Shown: positions 24,058-36,495, counted from the first letter of the stretch. The stretch is DNA of 64,000 nt from Terriglobia bacterium (GCA_963748015.1 CAVVHE010000005.1:96001-160000), one strand, 5' to 3'. The notes: a model not told the origin generated them from the letters alone. Program-made: numbers and translations.

Positions 24058-25336
24058 GAGAGCTTCTTGATCAGCACCTTGGACTTGCGTCCGCTCTGGT
24101 CGTACTTCTCCCGCCGGGCCGCGGGCAAGTCGTCCGGCGCGCCTTCCATGAATCCGGCCTTGGACTGGAAGTAGGTGAACGCCTGAGTGGACAGGGTGAG
24201 CAGTTCCTTGAAGCCCCCCTCCCGGGCCTTGGTTTCGACAAAGGCGATCAGCTTGCGTCCGATGCCCTGGTTCTCATGGGAGGGGCTGACGTAGAGACAG
24301 GCCAGTTCGGCCTTGGCCAGCTCGGGAAACGGGTGGAGGGCGATGCAGGCCACGGGGTTCTTGTCGATCTCGAAAATGTAGTAGTCCCGAGAGTGTTTCT
24401 CGATGGTGGCGCGGGTGCGTTTGACGAGTTCGGCGGTTGCAACGGATTGCTGGATGAGGTGTTGGATGTGGCGAACGTCCTTCTTCAAGGCGCGCCGTAT
24501 GTATTGATACTCGTTGGCGTAGATCAGGGTGCCAATGCCCTCGTTGGAGAACACCTCCGCCAGCAACCCCTCGTCCACCCGTCCGTTGATCACATGCACC
24601 CGCGGGACACCCGCCTCGCAGGCCGCCACCGCATGCACCGCCTTCGACAGCGTTTCCGGGGCAAACCTGGCCCGGTCAGCCACCAGCCATCTTCTCGAGG
24701 TCCGCCACCAGCATCTGCCGGATCAACTGCCCACCAAACTGCAGCCCGTCGGTGGTGGTGATAAAGATCAATTTGGTCGCCTTGAGCGCCGTCGCCACCT
24801 CCACGGCCACGCCGTCCGAATTCACCCGGTAGGTCTTGCCTTCGCCGTCAAACCCGAGCGGGGGAAGCACCGGAATGATGCCGTTGTCGAGCAGGTGCTG
24901 CAGAAAATCAACGTCCACGCGCTCGACCTTGCCGGTCAACTGCTGGTCCACCCCTCCGAGGATGCCCATGGGATGGGCGATCACGGCGTTGGTGGACACG
25001 GCCCGCAGGTCGTTGGCGGAAAGGCCCTCCAGGATTTCGTGGGTGAGCTGATTGGCGGCGGTCAGCGCGAGCTGCAAGCGTGTCGGCGTCGGTGATGCCG
25101 GTGCCGTCCAGATTGCTGGGGTGCACCCTCTGTTGTTCCGCCAGCGCGCGCGATTGCGCTGAGGCGCCATGCACCAGCACCACGCGGATGCTCAGCGAAC
25201 GCAGCACCGCCACGTCGAGCAGGAGATTGGCAAAATTCTCGTCGCCCACCACCGCCCCGTCCACCGCCAGGATGAACACCTTGTCCCGGAACCGGGGGAT
25301 GTATTGCAGGATGCCCCGCAGATCAGTTGGTTTCAC
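24054..25336 (-). CDS. argA: Amino-acid N-acetyltransferase (AAK + GNAT), frameshifts near 25080 and 24685
   Basis: YIPRFRDKVFILAVDG, VVLVHG, LLAEVFSNEGIGT, AELACLYV..GIGRKL. Confidence 0.9.
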
Positions 25337-25448
25337 AAATCGCGCGTGATTGAATTTGATTCAGGGGCTCACGGGAACCCGTGCCGCCCAGCCCTGCCGG
25401 ATAACTAGGGGCTTTTGGACGTGATTCAACCCAAATCTTGAACGGCGC

Positions 25449-26347
25449 TCAATCCAGCCACCGCTGCGTGAGGCCGCCATACGCGTCAATCCGCCGATCG
25501 CGCAGGAAGGGCCAATGCGTTCGCGTCTCCTCCACCCGGGCCAGATCCACCGGCACCACCAGCACGCTTTCCCGGTCCACGCGGCGCCTTGGCCAGGATC
25601 TCGCCCGACGTGCCTGCGACAAAGCTTTGTCCCCAGAACTCGATACCGTCCCCGCTCACCGGTCGCTCGTGGCCGATGCGGTTCACGGCGGCCACATAAC
25701 AGCCGTTGGCCACGGCGTGGCCGCGCTGGATGGTTTCCCAGGCCGCGTGCTGGCGTTCGCCCGGCGCCGCCTTTTCAGCGGGATGCCAGCCGATGGCGGT
25801 GGGGTAGAAGAGAATCTCGCGCCCCCCGCAGGGCCGTCAGCCGGGCCGCCTCGGGATACCACTGATCCCAGCAGATCAGCACCCCGATCCGTCCGTAGCG
25901 CGTCTCCCACGCACGAAACCCGAGGTCCCCCGGGGTGAAATAGAACTTCTCGTAGTAGAGCGGATCGTCCGGGATGTGCATCTTCCGATAGACGCCCAGC
26001 AAGGAACCGTCGGCGTCAATGATCACGGCGGTGTTGTGATAGACCCCGGCCGCGCGGTGCTCGAACAGTGAGGCGATGATCACCACCCGATGCTTGCGCG
26101 CCAGCCGGCAGAATGCGTCCGTGCTGGGCCCTGGAATGCGCTCGGCGAGCTTGAAATTGGCGTAATCCTCGGACTGGCAGAAGTATTGGGACCGGAACAA
26201 CTCCTGGGTGCACAGGATCTGGGCGCCCTTTCGAGTGGCCTTCTCGGCCAGCAGCAGGGTGCGGCGGAGATTCTGCCTGGGATCGTCCGTGGCGTGGGTT
26301 TGGAGCAGACCCAGTCGGACCGCGCTGGAAGGCACCGCGCGCTTCAT
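25449..26347 (-). CDS. Carbon-nitrogen hydrolase (N-carbamoylputrescine amidase-like), frameshifted
   Basis: QELF, YRKMHIPDDP, ICWDQWYPE (E-K-C triad), C-terminal WPFLRDRR. Confidence 0.9.
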
Positions 26348-27357
26348 GGCTTCGGGTCTCGCAACCGGGCGGTTTCCTCCAGGACCTGGGTGTGCCCGGT
26401 CGAGATGTCCGCAGCCCGGCACACCGGAGTTTGCCCGAACAGCCCCCGGATGAACTTGCCGAGCGTCTCATTGGTTGGACCGTAGCCGCTGTGGTAGATG
26501 TAATGCTCCAGGTCGTAGAGCATTTCATCCGCGTTGGGATAGCGATGATCGAGATTCCGGGCCAGCGCCTTGTGCAGGATCTCGTTCAGCCGATCGTCCA
26601 CCCGCTCGTCCAGGGAACGAAAATCCGGCAGGGTCATCGTCAGGATGCGGTCCCGCGACTCCTCCGGGCTGGCTCCCTTGAAGATGTTCCGGCCGAGCAA
26701 CAGATCCGCAAGCACGACGCCGGCGGAGAAGAGATCCGACCGTTTGTCGGTGATCTGGAAGTCGGCCTGCTCGGGGCTCATGAAATCGGCCTTGCCCGCC
26801 ACCACTTCACCTTCCTTGTCGGTAAGGAATCCGCGGGCCTTGGCGATGCCGAAGTCGGTCAGCTTCACATCGCCCTCGAAGGCAATCATGATGTTCTTGA
26901 AGCTCACATCCCGGTGCACGATTCCCAGGGGCGCCCCGTTCCCGTCGGCCTTGGCATGCGCGTACGCCAACCCCCGGCACACCCGGCTGGCAATAAACAC
27001 CGCCAGCTCCTTGGAGAGATGCACCCGCTTGTCCAGCAACTGTTGCCCGAACTGCTCGAGGTTCACCCCCCGGATCAGTTCCATGCAGATGAAAAACATC
27101 CGGTTGGTTTCCCCCAGGTGATAGGTCTGGACAATGTTGGTGTGAATGAGGTCTGCCACCAGCTTGGCCTCGCCAATGAAATTCTCGATAAACTCCTTTT
27201 GGGTGGCGTAGTTCTGGCGGATGACCTTGATGGCCACGCGCTTCACGAAACCGGATGCGCCCCGTTGCTCGGCTTCGTAAACAATGCCCATGCCGCCCTC
27301 GTAAATCTGCCGGACGATGTCGTATTGAAAACTGTTCTGTATGCTGAACATCGGCAT
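26344..27357 (-). CDS. Cytoplasmic Hanks-type Ser/Thr kinase
   Basis: GGMGIVY, VAIK, HRDVSFKN, DFGIAK, MSPEQ; no TM segment seen. Confidence 0.93.
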   Translation of the reverse strand: MPMFSIQNSFQYDIVRQIYEGGMGIVYEAEQRGASGFVKRVAIKVIRQNYATQKEFIENFIGEAKLVADLIHTNIVQTYHLGETNRMFFICMELIRGVNLEQFGQQLLDKRVHLSKELAVFIASRVCRGLAYAHAKADGNGAPLGIVHRDVSFKNIMIAFEGDVKLTDFGIAKARGFLTDKEGEVVAGKADFMSPEQADFQITDKRSDLFSAGVVLADLLLGRNIFKGASPEESRDRILTMTLPDFRSLDERVDDRLNEILHKALARNLDHRYPNADEMLYDLEHYIYHSGYGPTNETLGKFIRGLFGQTPVCRAADISTGHTQVLEETARLRDPKP

Positions 27358-27690
27358 TCCGCTGCGATGTTCAGGAAACACTTCTCCAAGTCAAGTTTTG
27401 GCGAGCCCCGCGACGGGATTCGGATGCGGTCCTCATGAACACCGGATTCATCCCGCAACGGCGCTCGCAGACCGGACGCAACCAGGCGTGCGATGAACAT
27501 TCGGCTGGAGGACAGCATAGCCGCAGGAAGCCGGGGTTCCGCGGCGCCATTTCCATTTCAACAACACACCTGCGCATGGGTGCATCGGATTGAACGATCG
27601 CGCGAACCCAGCGATCGAACCTGCGCTTGACAGTGGGCCGGCCATCCCAATCCTAGTCGCGCGACCGGTTGGGCGCATTCGCCAGAAGCC

Positions 27691-29007
27691 ATGCACCGCC
27701 ACATCCGATACCGGTTCAAACCAATCATGCATCTCAAGCACCTACAGTCCTGCGGCTGGAACCTTGTTTGGAGCCAACGCCTGCTGTTCGCAGGCGGACT
27801 CCTGCTCCTCCTGGGACATTCCCAGTTCCTGTACGCCCTGGATCAAACCAACCGGACCACCGAGGTGGTTCCCTACGTCCACATGCGCAGTGGCGAATTC
27901 GACACGGTCTGGGGGGTGCAGGACATGTGGGGGTTCGGCATCGGGGCCGACCTGACGCGTCATGTGGGGCTGGAGTTGGCCTTTGATACCTACGAGAAGG
28001 ATTTTGATCCGTTCGGCACCAAACTGGGAGAACAGTCATTGCTTTCACTGGTGCCCCAGGTGCGGCTGCGCCTGCCCTTGGCCAACGACCGCGTCGTGCC
28101 CTACGTCGTGGTCGGCGCGGGCATCGGCTGGTACGACTTCAACGATCCAACCCGGGACGGATACGGCAAGAATGTCGATGATCAGGGCAACGAGCTGGTG
28201 GTTACGGCCGGCGTGGGCATTGACCTGTTCATCAACAAGCACGTGGCGTTTAATCTGGAAGGCAAATACATCTGGCTGGACGACCTCAACATCAGCGTCG
28301 ACGGCACCCCGGGCACTTTTGAGCTGGCGGACTTCGTCGGCACGTTCGGTTTCCGGGCCTATCTCGAGGATGCCGAGGCGCTGGCCCTGTTTGACGCCAT
28401 CGATGAGCCTCCCATCCGGCTCTACTTTGGCGCCGCCTTCGGCGGCGGGGTGATCACCGATGGCAACTGGATCCCCGGGGTCGAGTTGGTGCCGGAGATG
28501 GCTTCGCTTGGCTCGATTGGACAGTCCGTGGAGCTGGCCCTCGGCGCCAACTTCGGGCGGCACCTGAGCGTGGAGATCCCCGCCGATTACTATGAAAGCG
28601 TGATAGAACTCAACAATCTGGCAGGGGTCAATGGCGGTGTCGGAGAGTACTCAACCTACGCCGTCATCCCCAACCTGCGGTTCCGCTGGCCTATCAAGGA
28701 CGGCCGGATTGTTCCCTACCTGATGGCCGGATTCGGCGCCACCTACGGCGAAGTCAACGACCGGTTTGACAACGGCAACAACGTGCCGGTGGACTCGAAG
28801 GGGTTTGCCCCCGCCTTCGCTGCGGGCGGCGGCATCGAGTATTTCTTCAATCGCGAGGTGAGCCTCTTTGGCCAGGTCAAATACATCCAGTCCTGGGACA
28901 ACAAGATCGAGGTGAATCACGCCGGGGAACAGAAGGGTGACCTCTCCTGGCTGCACTTCCAGATCGGCTTCCGACTGAGCCTGCTGCACATCGGCGGCGC
29001 GCGTTGA
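27691..29007 (+). CDS. Outer-membrane protein with two tandem OmpW/OmpA-like beta-barrel units
   Basis: Repeated R.VPY...G.G and G.G...F.N..V.....KYI patterns; signal-like N-terminus. Confidence 0.75.
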   Translation: MHRHIRYRFKPIMHLKHLQSCGWNLVWSQRLLFAGGLLLLLGHSQFLYALDQTNRTTEVVPYVHMRSGEFDTVWGVQDMWGFGIGADLTRHVGLELAFDTYEKDFDPFGTKLGEQSLLSLVPQVRLRLPLANDRVVPYVVVGAGIGWYDFNDPTRDGYGKNVDDQGNELVVTAGVGIDLFINKHVAFNLEGKYIWLDDLNISVDGTPGTFELADFVGTFGFRAYLEDAEALALFDAIDEPPIRLYFGAAFGGGVITDGNWIPGVELVPEMASLGSIGQSVELALGANFGRHLSVEIPADYYESVIELNNLAGVNGGVGEYSTYAVIPNLRFRWPIKDGRIVPYLMAGFGATYGEVNDRFDNGNNVPVDSKGFAPAFAAGGGIEYFFNREVSLFGQVKYIQSWDNKIEVNHAGEQKGDLSWLHFQIGFRLSLLHIGGAR

Positions 29008-29201
29008 TCGGGCGACCCATGAACCGCAGGGTGGGGCCGGGCGCCCCGGGAGCCGGGCAACGGCGCCCTCCTCTGAGGGTTCAGGGTCTCGACTCGCGTC
29101 CACCCGGTGGTGGTTCCCCTTCCAATGAAGCGTAACCCGAGAGCGGCGGTGAAGACGCACGCACTCCAATCCGCCCCCATCGGCGCCCGATAGGCGCCGG
29201 C

Positions 29202-29241
29202 AAACAAAATCGGCGCCGCACTCTCTCGAATGCGGCGCCGA
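29202..29241 (-). terminator. Rho-independent terminator of rpmB
   Basis: tcggcgccgca..tgcggcgccga stem followed by ttttgttt on the minus strand. Confidence 0.75.
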
Positions 29242-29261
29242 CCAAATCGGAGGACGTGGGG

Positions 29262-29537
29262 TCAGGCCTTGGGCGTCTTGGCGGCGGTCTGCTGCGGCCT
29301 GCGCCTGGGAGCCTTGGTGATCAGGCCCTTCTTGATCGCGCTGGTCGCCACCCGCATGTAGCGCACTTCGCCATTGGGCAGTTGCACCTTGACCCGTTGG
29401 AGGTTGGGCAGAAACCGACGCTTGGTGATGGCCGTGACGTGGGTGCCGATACCCCCCACCTTCTTGGCCTTGCCGGACCGCCAGATCTTGCTGCCTTTCC
29501 GCGGCCCCTTGCCTGTCAATTCACAATACCGAGACAT
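29262..29537 (-). CDS. rpmB: 50S ribosomal protein L28
   Basis: MSRYCELTGK..KRRFLPNLQ. Confidence 0.97.
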   Translation of the reverse strand: MSRYCELTGKGPRKGSKIWRSGKAKKVGGIGTHVTAITKRRFLPNLQRVKVQLPNGEVRYMRVATSAIKKGLITKAPRRRPQQTAAKTPKA

Positions 29538-29659
29538 AATTCACGTTCGAGTTAAAGAACCCGGACGGTATCGCTCGGGCAGTCGCCGTGCAAGCTTGAT
29601 TTCAGCAGAATCTGCGTGCCTTTCCCTCGGTTCACCCCCTATCTTTCGCCCCCTGTCTT

Positions 29660-30874
29660 ATGGCAACCATCAAGCCCTTTGCCGCCCTGCGACCCCGACC
29701 GGACCTGGCCTCACGAATCTGTGAGCTGCCGTACGACGTCATGTCGTCCGAAGAAGCCCGGGAGGTGGCCTCCGGCAATCCGCTGAGCTTTCTTCATGTC
29801 AGCAAGCCCGAGATCGATCTCCCTCGGGGCACAGATCCCTACGCTCCGGCGGTCTATGCCAAGGGTCGGGAGAATCTGGATCGCCTGGTGGCGGAGGGAG
29901 CCTTGCAGCCGGAGACCGGGTCGTGTTTCTACCTTTACCGTCAGGTCATGGGCAGCCACAGCCAGGTGGGACTGGTGGCAGCCGCCAGTTGCCGCGAATA
30001 CATCGAGGGCGCCATCAAAAAGCACGAGTTCACCCGCCCGGACAAGGAGGACGACCGGGTGCGTCACATGGAGGCGCTCGACGCCCAAACCGGCCCGGTG
30101 TTCCTCACCTATCCAGCGGTGACCACCTTGGATCAACTGGTGCAGACAAGGATTGCCGGCCTGCCGGATGTGGACTTCACCTCCGGGGACGGCGTGAGGC
30201 ATACCGCGTGGACGATTCGGGACGCGGAGAGCATCCAAGGGATTGAGTCGGCCTTTGCCGGGATCCCGGCGCTCTACATCGCTGACGGCCATCATCGAAG
30301 CGCTGCTGCCGCCCGGGTGTTCGAATCACGCCGGGGTTCAGGACAGAGCCCCCGGTTTCTCGCGGTGATTTTCCCCCACGACCAGATGCAGATCCTGCCC
30401 TACAACCGCGTTCTGAAGGATCTCAACAACCATACCGCCCCTGCCTTGCTGACGTGCTTGGAGAAGGTGTTCGAAACCCTGCCGGCAACCAGCGCGACTC
30501 CATCCTGTAAGCACGAAGTGTGTTTGTTCCTCGACGGACACTGGCGCACCCTCCGGTTCCGACCCGGGCTCGTGACCGCCCGGAATCCCGTGGATGCGCT
30601 TGATGTCTCGCTTCTGCAGGCCCACGTCCTGGCACCGGTCTTTGGAATCGAGGATCCGCGCACCAGTGAACGCATTCGTTTTGTGGGCGGGATCCGGGGC
30701 ACAACGGAACTCGAGAAGCTCGTGAACCGCGGCCAAGGCGCCTGCGCCTTCTCTCTGTTCCCCACCCGCATCGAGGACCTGATGGTCATTGCGGATGCCG
30801 ACGGCATCATGCCACCCAAGAGCACATGGTTCGAGCCCAAGCTCCGGGATGGCATGTTCTGTCACCGGCTCTGA
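29660..30874 (+). CDS. DUF1015 family protein
   Basis: IKPFAALRP, PYDV, YIADGHHR, MPPKSTWFEPKLRDG. Confidence 0.9.
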   Translation: MATIKPFAALRPRPDLASRICELPYDVMSSEEAREVASGNPLSFLHVSKPEIDLPRGTDPYAPAVYAKGRENLDRLVAEGALQPETGSCFYLYRQVMGSHSQVGLVAAASCREYIEGAIKKHEFTRPDKEDDRVRHMEALDAQTGPVFLTYPAVTTLDQLVQTRIAGLPDVDFTSGDGVRHTAWTIRDAESIQGIESAFAGIPALYIADGHHRSAAAARVFESRRGSGQSPRFLAVIFPHDQMQILPYNRVLKDLNNHTAPALLTCLEKVFETLPATSATPSCKHEVCLFLDGHWRTLRFRPGLVTARNPVDALDVSLLQAHVLAPVFGIEDPRTSERIRFVGGIRGTTELEKLVNRGQGACAFSLFPTRIEDLMVIADADGIMPPKSTWFEPKLRDGMFCHRL

Positions 30875-30989
30875 CCGGACAAACACGGTCAATTCCTTGG
30901 GCCTTTCCCCGGGCCTATTCTCGTGCCCTCCCCCGGTTGTCGCGGGAAGCTGCTCGTGCAAACTCTTGGCTCACGGAGAGATCACGTTT

Positions 30990-33900
30990 ATGAAATCGAG
31001 CCATGCTTTCAGGTTTCCCAGCTTGTTGCTGAATCTGCTGAGCCTCGGTTGGTGCGGGATGTTGACAATGCACACCCAGGCGTCGCCGCCGCCGGGGGGC
31101 CTTGCGCCGCTGAACTCGCCCGCGGGCGGATTCGGCATCGACGGGGACCTGCTCGCCCGTCAACCGCTCGCCAGTTCGGGCGACTGGATTCCGAACGCCA
31201 CGATTCCCGGAACCGGACAGGGCGTGTTGAGTCCGAGCGGTGTGCCCCTGAATCCGTTCAGCACGTTCCATTTCATCGATCCCTACGACAGCACGAGCGA
31301 CTTCATTTTCACAGGCGGCAGCAAGTGGGCGGACAATCCCAACACCTGGGTTTGGAGCACCGGCAAGCCGTCGTCCAAAACGGACATCAACAACGTATTG
31401 CTGCACCTGGCTTCGGACGACATGGGGCACATCTGGGCCGTGATTTCAGCCGACCGGGCCAGCACTTCGGGGGATTCCTACATCGACTTCGAACTCCTGC
31501 AGCGTCCATTGGTGCGAACGAACAGCGGGACTTTCGTCTCGTCCGGCCCCCATGGCGGGCGCACGACCAACGACCTGGTGCTGAGCCTCGCGTTCACCGG
31601 CGGGGGCAGGGTGGCGGACTTCTTTGCTTGGCGATGGCAAGCCGACGGGCAAGGAGGGTTTCGCTACGTGGATAGCACGGCGGCGCTGCCGGCCGGGCGC
31701 GCCTTCGTGGCTCTGAACACCAATACCATCGGGGTTCCCTATTCCGCGTTCGGCGGCGCGCAATACCAACCCAATGCCTTCGCTGAAGCAGCCATCGACC
31801 TCACCGCCCTGCTGGGCGGCTTCGACCCCTGCGAATCCTTCGGCTTCGAGTCGATCATGGTGAAGACCAAGGCATCCGCCTCCTACTCGGCCGGCATCGA
31901 GGACCTGATCGATCCCATCGCCTACAAGCTCCGGATCGGACCCGCCGCTGAGGCTGGTCCGGATCAGGTTCGCTGCGCCGATGGGAGTGTGACCGCATTC
32001 CCGCTGCAAGGCAGTGCCAGCTCAGGACTGACCTCGGTAGCTTCCACCCGATGGAGTGTGGTTTCCGGAAGTGCAACCATCGACAATCCTGACGCCCTGG
32101 TCACCACGGCGCGTGTCTCCTCATCACGCGCAACGCTTCGGCTGGAAGTGCGTCAGGCAAACGGGTGCACGGACCTCGACGAGATTGTGCTCACTGCCGT
32201 GGAGCCCCCGGCGGTGGTCATCAGCGGCCCGACCTCATTGTGTCCGAATGCCACCGCGGAGTTCAGCGCACCTGTCGGCATGAAAAGCTATCAGTGGTCT
32301 ATCAGCGGCAACGCTTCCATCCTGGACGCAACCAATCAGGCGGTCGTCCGCGTGCTGTCCAGCACTGTGTGCGACGAGTCTTTTGAACTGACACTCACGG
32401 TGTCGAGTAACGTCTGCACCGTGACCACCCTCGCCGAAGTGCTTGTCGAAGACACCGTGCCGCCCGTCCTGACGCTCCCGGGCAACATCCTGCTCGAATG
32501 CCCCGCGGACACCCGCACCAACGCCACCGGCGCAGCCACGGCAATGGATGACTGCGGGGCGGTCACCGTGTCCTACACCGATTCCCAAACCAATTTCTGC
32601 GGCGGTTCACGGGCTATTTCGCGCCAGTGGATCGCGAGCGATTCCTGCGGGAACTCGACCTCCGCAACTCAGACCATCACCGTCCGCGACACCACCCCAC
32701 CGACACTCTCGATCCCGCCCAACGTCACCCTCGAGTGCCCCGCCGACACCCGCACCTCCGCCACCGGCGTCGCCACCGCACAGGACAACTGCGGCACGCC
32801 CACCGTCATTTCCTCCGACGCCGTGACCCCGGGTTGCGGTAGCTCCAAGATCATCACCCGCACCTGGTCCGCCACCGATGAATGCGGCAACGTCGCCCAG
32901 GCCGTGCAGACCATCACCGTCCGCGATACCACCGCACCGATGCTTTGGGCACCGGCGAACATCACCCTGGAGTGTCCGTCCGATACGCGGACCAACGTCA
33001 CCGGCAGGGCGGCGGGCAGTGATGCCAGCGGGTTCAACATCAGTTACAACGATGTGGTGACCGAAGGTGCGTGCGCCGGCACGAAGAGCATCATCCGCAC
33101 CTGGACGGCCATTGATGCCTGCGGCAATGCGACAAACCGGGTTCAGTATATTGTCGTGCAGGACACCACCCGGCCGAAGATCACTTGCCCGAATCTCAAG
33201 GTTCAATGCCCGGGCGATGTGCCACTGCCGTATGCCAACCTGGCGGCGTTTCTGTCGGCGGGCGGGCAGGCGAGCGACGGTTGCAGCGCAACGTTGTCCT
33301 TCTTGCTGGTCGGCGGCGGCGGCGTGATGGGGAGCTGCCCCGGAACGGTCACCCGTGTGTATCGGGTGATCGATGGCTGCGGTAATTTCGCCGAGGGCAT
33401 TCAGACGATCACCGTGGACGACACCATTGCGCCCGTGATCACCTGTCCGGGGAGCGTGACGGTCGAATGCGGAGATTCATTGGATCCGTCAGTGCTCGGC
33501 AGCGCGACGGCCACGGACAACTGTTCCCCCAAGGTTGAGATCACCCACACCGACGCGCAGGTTCCCAGCGATTACAGCATCAAGTGGTATGCCGCCGACC
33601 CTGATGTGAAGACCGGCCCTTATCAGCCAACGTATATCAAGCTGGCTCCCATCAACCTCGAGTGTCCGGAAGGCGCGCGCCTGTCCGGCCGGGCGATTGA
33701 CCCGCTGCGCGATGCCGTGGCCTACTCAGCGCCCGGCGGCCAGTTGGATGCCCTCACCTCGCTGGGCGGAGAACCCATGGCCCTGGGCCAAATCGTCCCC
33801 TTCGAAGCCGTGATCGAGGTCAGCGGCGGTCCGGGGACAGAACGTGGCACGATCGAGTTCACTTCGTCCTGGAGCACGCACACCACGTCCAATGACCGGT

Positions 33901-35074
33901 TCGGGTACGACACGAACTATATGGTCTATTGCGCCTTTGTAGATTTCGCCGACCCCGGGACGCGGGATCCGAACGCCAACGCAAAGGTGGAATCGTTCCA
34001 GTCGACACTGGTCAACATGGGGACCATTGATGAGAAGATCCAGGGCACCTTCCGGATCTCCGGACTCGAGAGCGGCGACCGCGTCGTGGTGGAAATCTGG
34101 GTGGCCCTTTTGTCCGCGATGCCAGCCCATGTGGGCGGCACCATCGCTTCGGATCTGGTTTCCGCCCGGAAAGCCTCGGTTCCTCCCGAGCCGATCAGCA
34201 CCGGCTCCCAGACGGTTTCGATTGGGAACCTGTCGAAGATCCAGCCGTTGCTTCCGGCGTTGCCGCAGCCCCCCCGCCGGCATTGCCGCCCCAACCACCG
34301 GCCCTCCCCGGCGCAACCGTAAGCGTGATCGACCGCACCTGGGCGGCTATGGACAAGTGCGGCAACCGCAGCACCTGCGTCCAGCGCATTACCGTCCGGG
34401 ATACCACAGCGCCCGCGTTTCAGGAGGCACAGGTGCTGCAGGTGGTCGATGCCGGCGCTGCGGGGAATATGGAAGCGCCGGTAGCCACGGACGGTTGCGG
34501 CGGGGTGATCGTGCGAATCCACTCGGTTGAGACGAACCTGACGGCTTCCGGTTCGCAAATGATCACCTACGTCTGGGAAGCGATCGATGAAAGCGGGAAC
34601 ACGACGTTGTTCAGCCGCAACATTGAGATACTGCCGGTCATTCTGCCCGAACCGGAACTTGCGATTGGCTGGAAGGACGGGCGGCTGACCCTGAGTTGGC
34701 CAGCGCAACCGGCAGGCTGGTGGCTGGAGTCCACCACCAGCCTGTTGAAGCCGGATTGGAAGCCTGTGGGCTTTACGCCCGTGCTGACTAACAATCTTTA
34801 CGTCGTTGAACCGAACTCGTCAGGACCTTCGCAATGGTTCCGGCTGGCGACCGGCACGCCGCCTCTGGCGTTGGCCTCGGCTAAGCCGGGTATTGTGGCG
34901 CTGGCCTGGCCGTCATTAGCCACCGGTTACACCGTTGAACGATGCAGCGATCTGGCTGGCGGCATCTGGACGGCGCAACCGGCAGCCGCTGTCATCACCA
35001 ATGGGCACAACCGCATCGAGTTCGATGCCTCCGGAGCCAGGGGATTCTTCCGGTTGACGAAACCGGCACCCTGA
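30990..35074 (+). CDS. Large secreted protein with Cys-bearing HYR-like repeats and two C-terminal F[FW]RL domains; frameshift near 34270
   Basis: Signal peptide; repeats DT.PP...P.N.TLECP..DNCG..RTW.A.D.CGN..Q.ITV. Confidence 0.8.
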
Positions 35075-35354
35075 GGAAGAGGCCGCCCCGTCTCCAACGC
35101 TCGTTCCAGGCTGGAGACGGAGCTTCTTTCGAATTTCGAGCTTCCGCTCTCGGACTTGACGCGTTCCACCCAGAAAGCGGGAAACCCGACGCGTCTACTC
35201 AACCGCCTGACGCCAAACGCAGACATTCCTCCATGCAGTGGAACTCATGGAACCAGCGGGCAGACAAAATGTCCGCGCTCCGCCGAAGAGGCTGTTCCCG
35301 CGCTTTCCTGCCGAGGGTTTCCTTCTCCACGACTCCCTCGGTCCCGCCACACAC

Positions 35355-35756
35355 TCACTGGCCAGAGGGGTTGGTTTGAAGTTCTCTCGCAAACTTCCGC
35401 AACCGCCCGACACGCCAATAAACCGAGCCGAAGAAGACCGCGCCGCAGAGGTTCACCCCCAACGTGTAACCCAGTTTGTAGGTCCGGCCGCTATTGCGCT
35501 CGGCATAGATGGGGAGGTCCTGACCGGCCAGCAGCGTGGGAAATCCGCAAGGCATGAGCGCCCCATGCGCAATCCCGGTGGCAAAACCCGGCACGCGTCC
35601 CTCCCGCTGCGACACCTTCACGGAATAATGCAGCACCCGCCCAAACAGCACGGTGACCCCGATGGCCAGGACCAGACGCAGAACGATCCGCAGCCAGGAA
35701 GCCTTGCGGACCTGGGAGGCAACCGGGCTCACGGCGATTTCAGTCAATTCGTTCAC
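35355..35756 (-). CDS. Small membrane protein
   Basis: Hydrophobic helices; downstream of the GT2 gene. Confidence 0.6.
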   Translation of the reverse strand: MNELTEIAVSPVASQVRKASWLRIVLRLVLAIGVTVLFGRVLHYSVKVSQREGRVPGFATGIAHGALMPCGFPTLLAGQDLPIYAERNSGRTYKLGYTLGVNLCGAVFFGSVYWRVGRLRKFARELQTNPSGQ

Positions 35757-35795
35757 ACGCTGTCCCCGCACCTTGCCGGCACGTCGGGCATGGGG

Positions 35796-36495
35796 TCAAG
35801 CACCGCGTCCGCCCCGTTGAAATCGGCGCGACGCATCGCGCCACCATCGAAACCAACGCACGGTATCTCGCCAGGGGCGGATCTTGCTGCGCTCCGATGC
35901 GTAGATCACGGCCACCGGCACGAACTCCACGCGCGCGCCTTGGAGGAGACAGTCGAGGTAGAATCTCGGACTCGATTTCAAAGTGTGCCGCCCCCGTCGG
36001 TTGCGGCGTCCAATGGGCAAGGTTCAGCAATCGGAACCCGTTCTGGGTATCAGGCAGGACCTGCCCGGTCAGGCGGGACAACCTCCGGCTCATCCAACGA
36101 TTCACAACACGTCGAATCCATGGCATCCCCCCGGGTTGTGCCATCCGGTTGCCGACCACGAGTGCCGCGCCCGTTCGCTCGGCGCAGGCCAGGAAAGCCG
36201 GTATGTCGGCTGCCGCGTGCTGGCCATCCCCATCCAGGCACAACACCCATTCAAACCCCTCGTCCCGGGCAGCCACAAACCCTGCACAAAGAGCAGCGCC
36301 TTTGCCTTGCGGGGCGGCATGCCGCATCACGTCCGCGCCCGCTGCCCGCGCACGCGAACCGGTGTCATCCACCGACCCGTCGTCCACCACAATGACCGTC
36401 GGAAGATGAGTCCGGACCTCGCGCACCACGCGTCCGATGGTGCTCCCTTCATTGAGACAGGGAATCACCGCGGCACAACACTCGGACCAGTTCAC
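35796..36495 (-). CDS. Family 2 glycosyltransferase (DPM1-like), frameshift near 35945
   Basis: VIPCLNE, VVDDGSVD, GKGAAL, LDGDGQH, PDTQNGFR. Confidence 0.9.

Noticed and set aside
32440..32990. Near-identical DNA repeats as a CRISPR array
   Set aside because: They are coding HYR-like repeats; no spacer structure or cas genes
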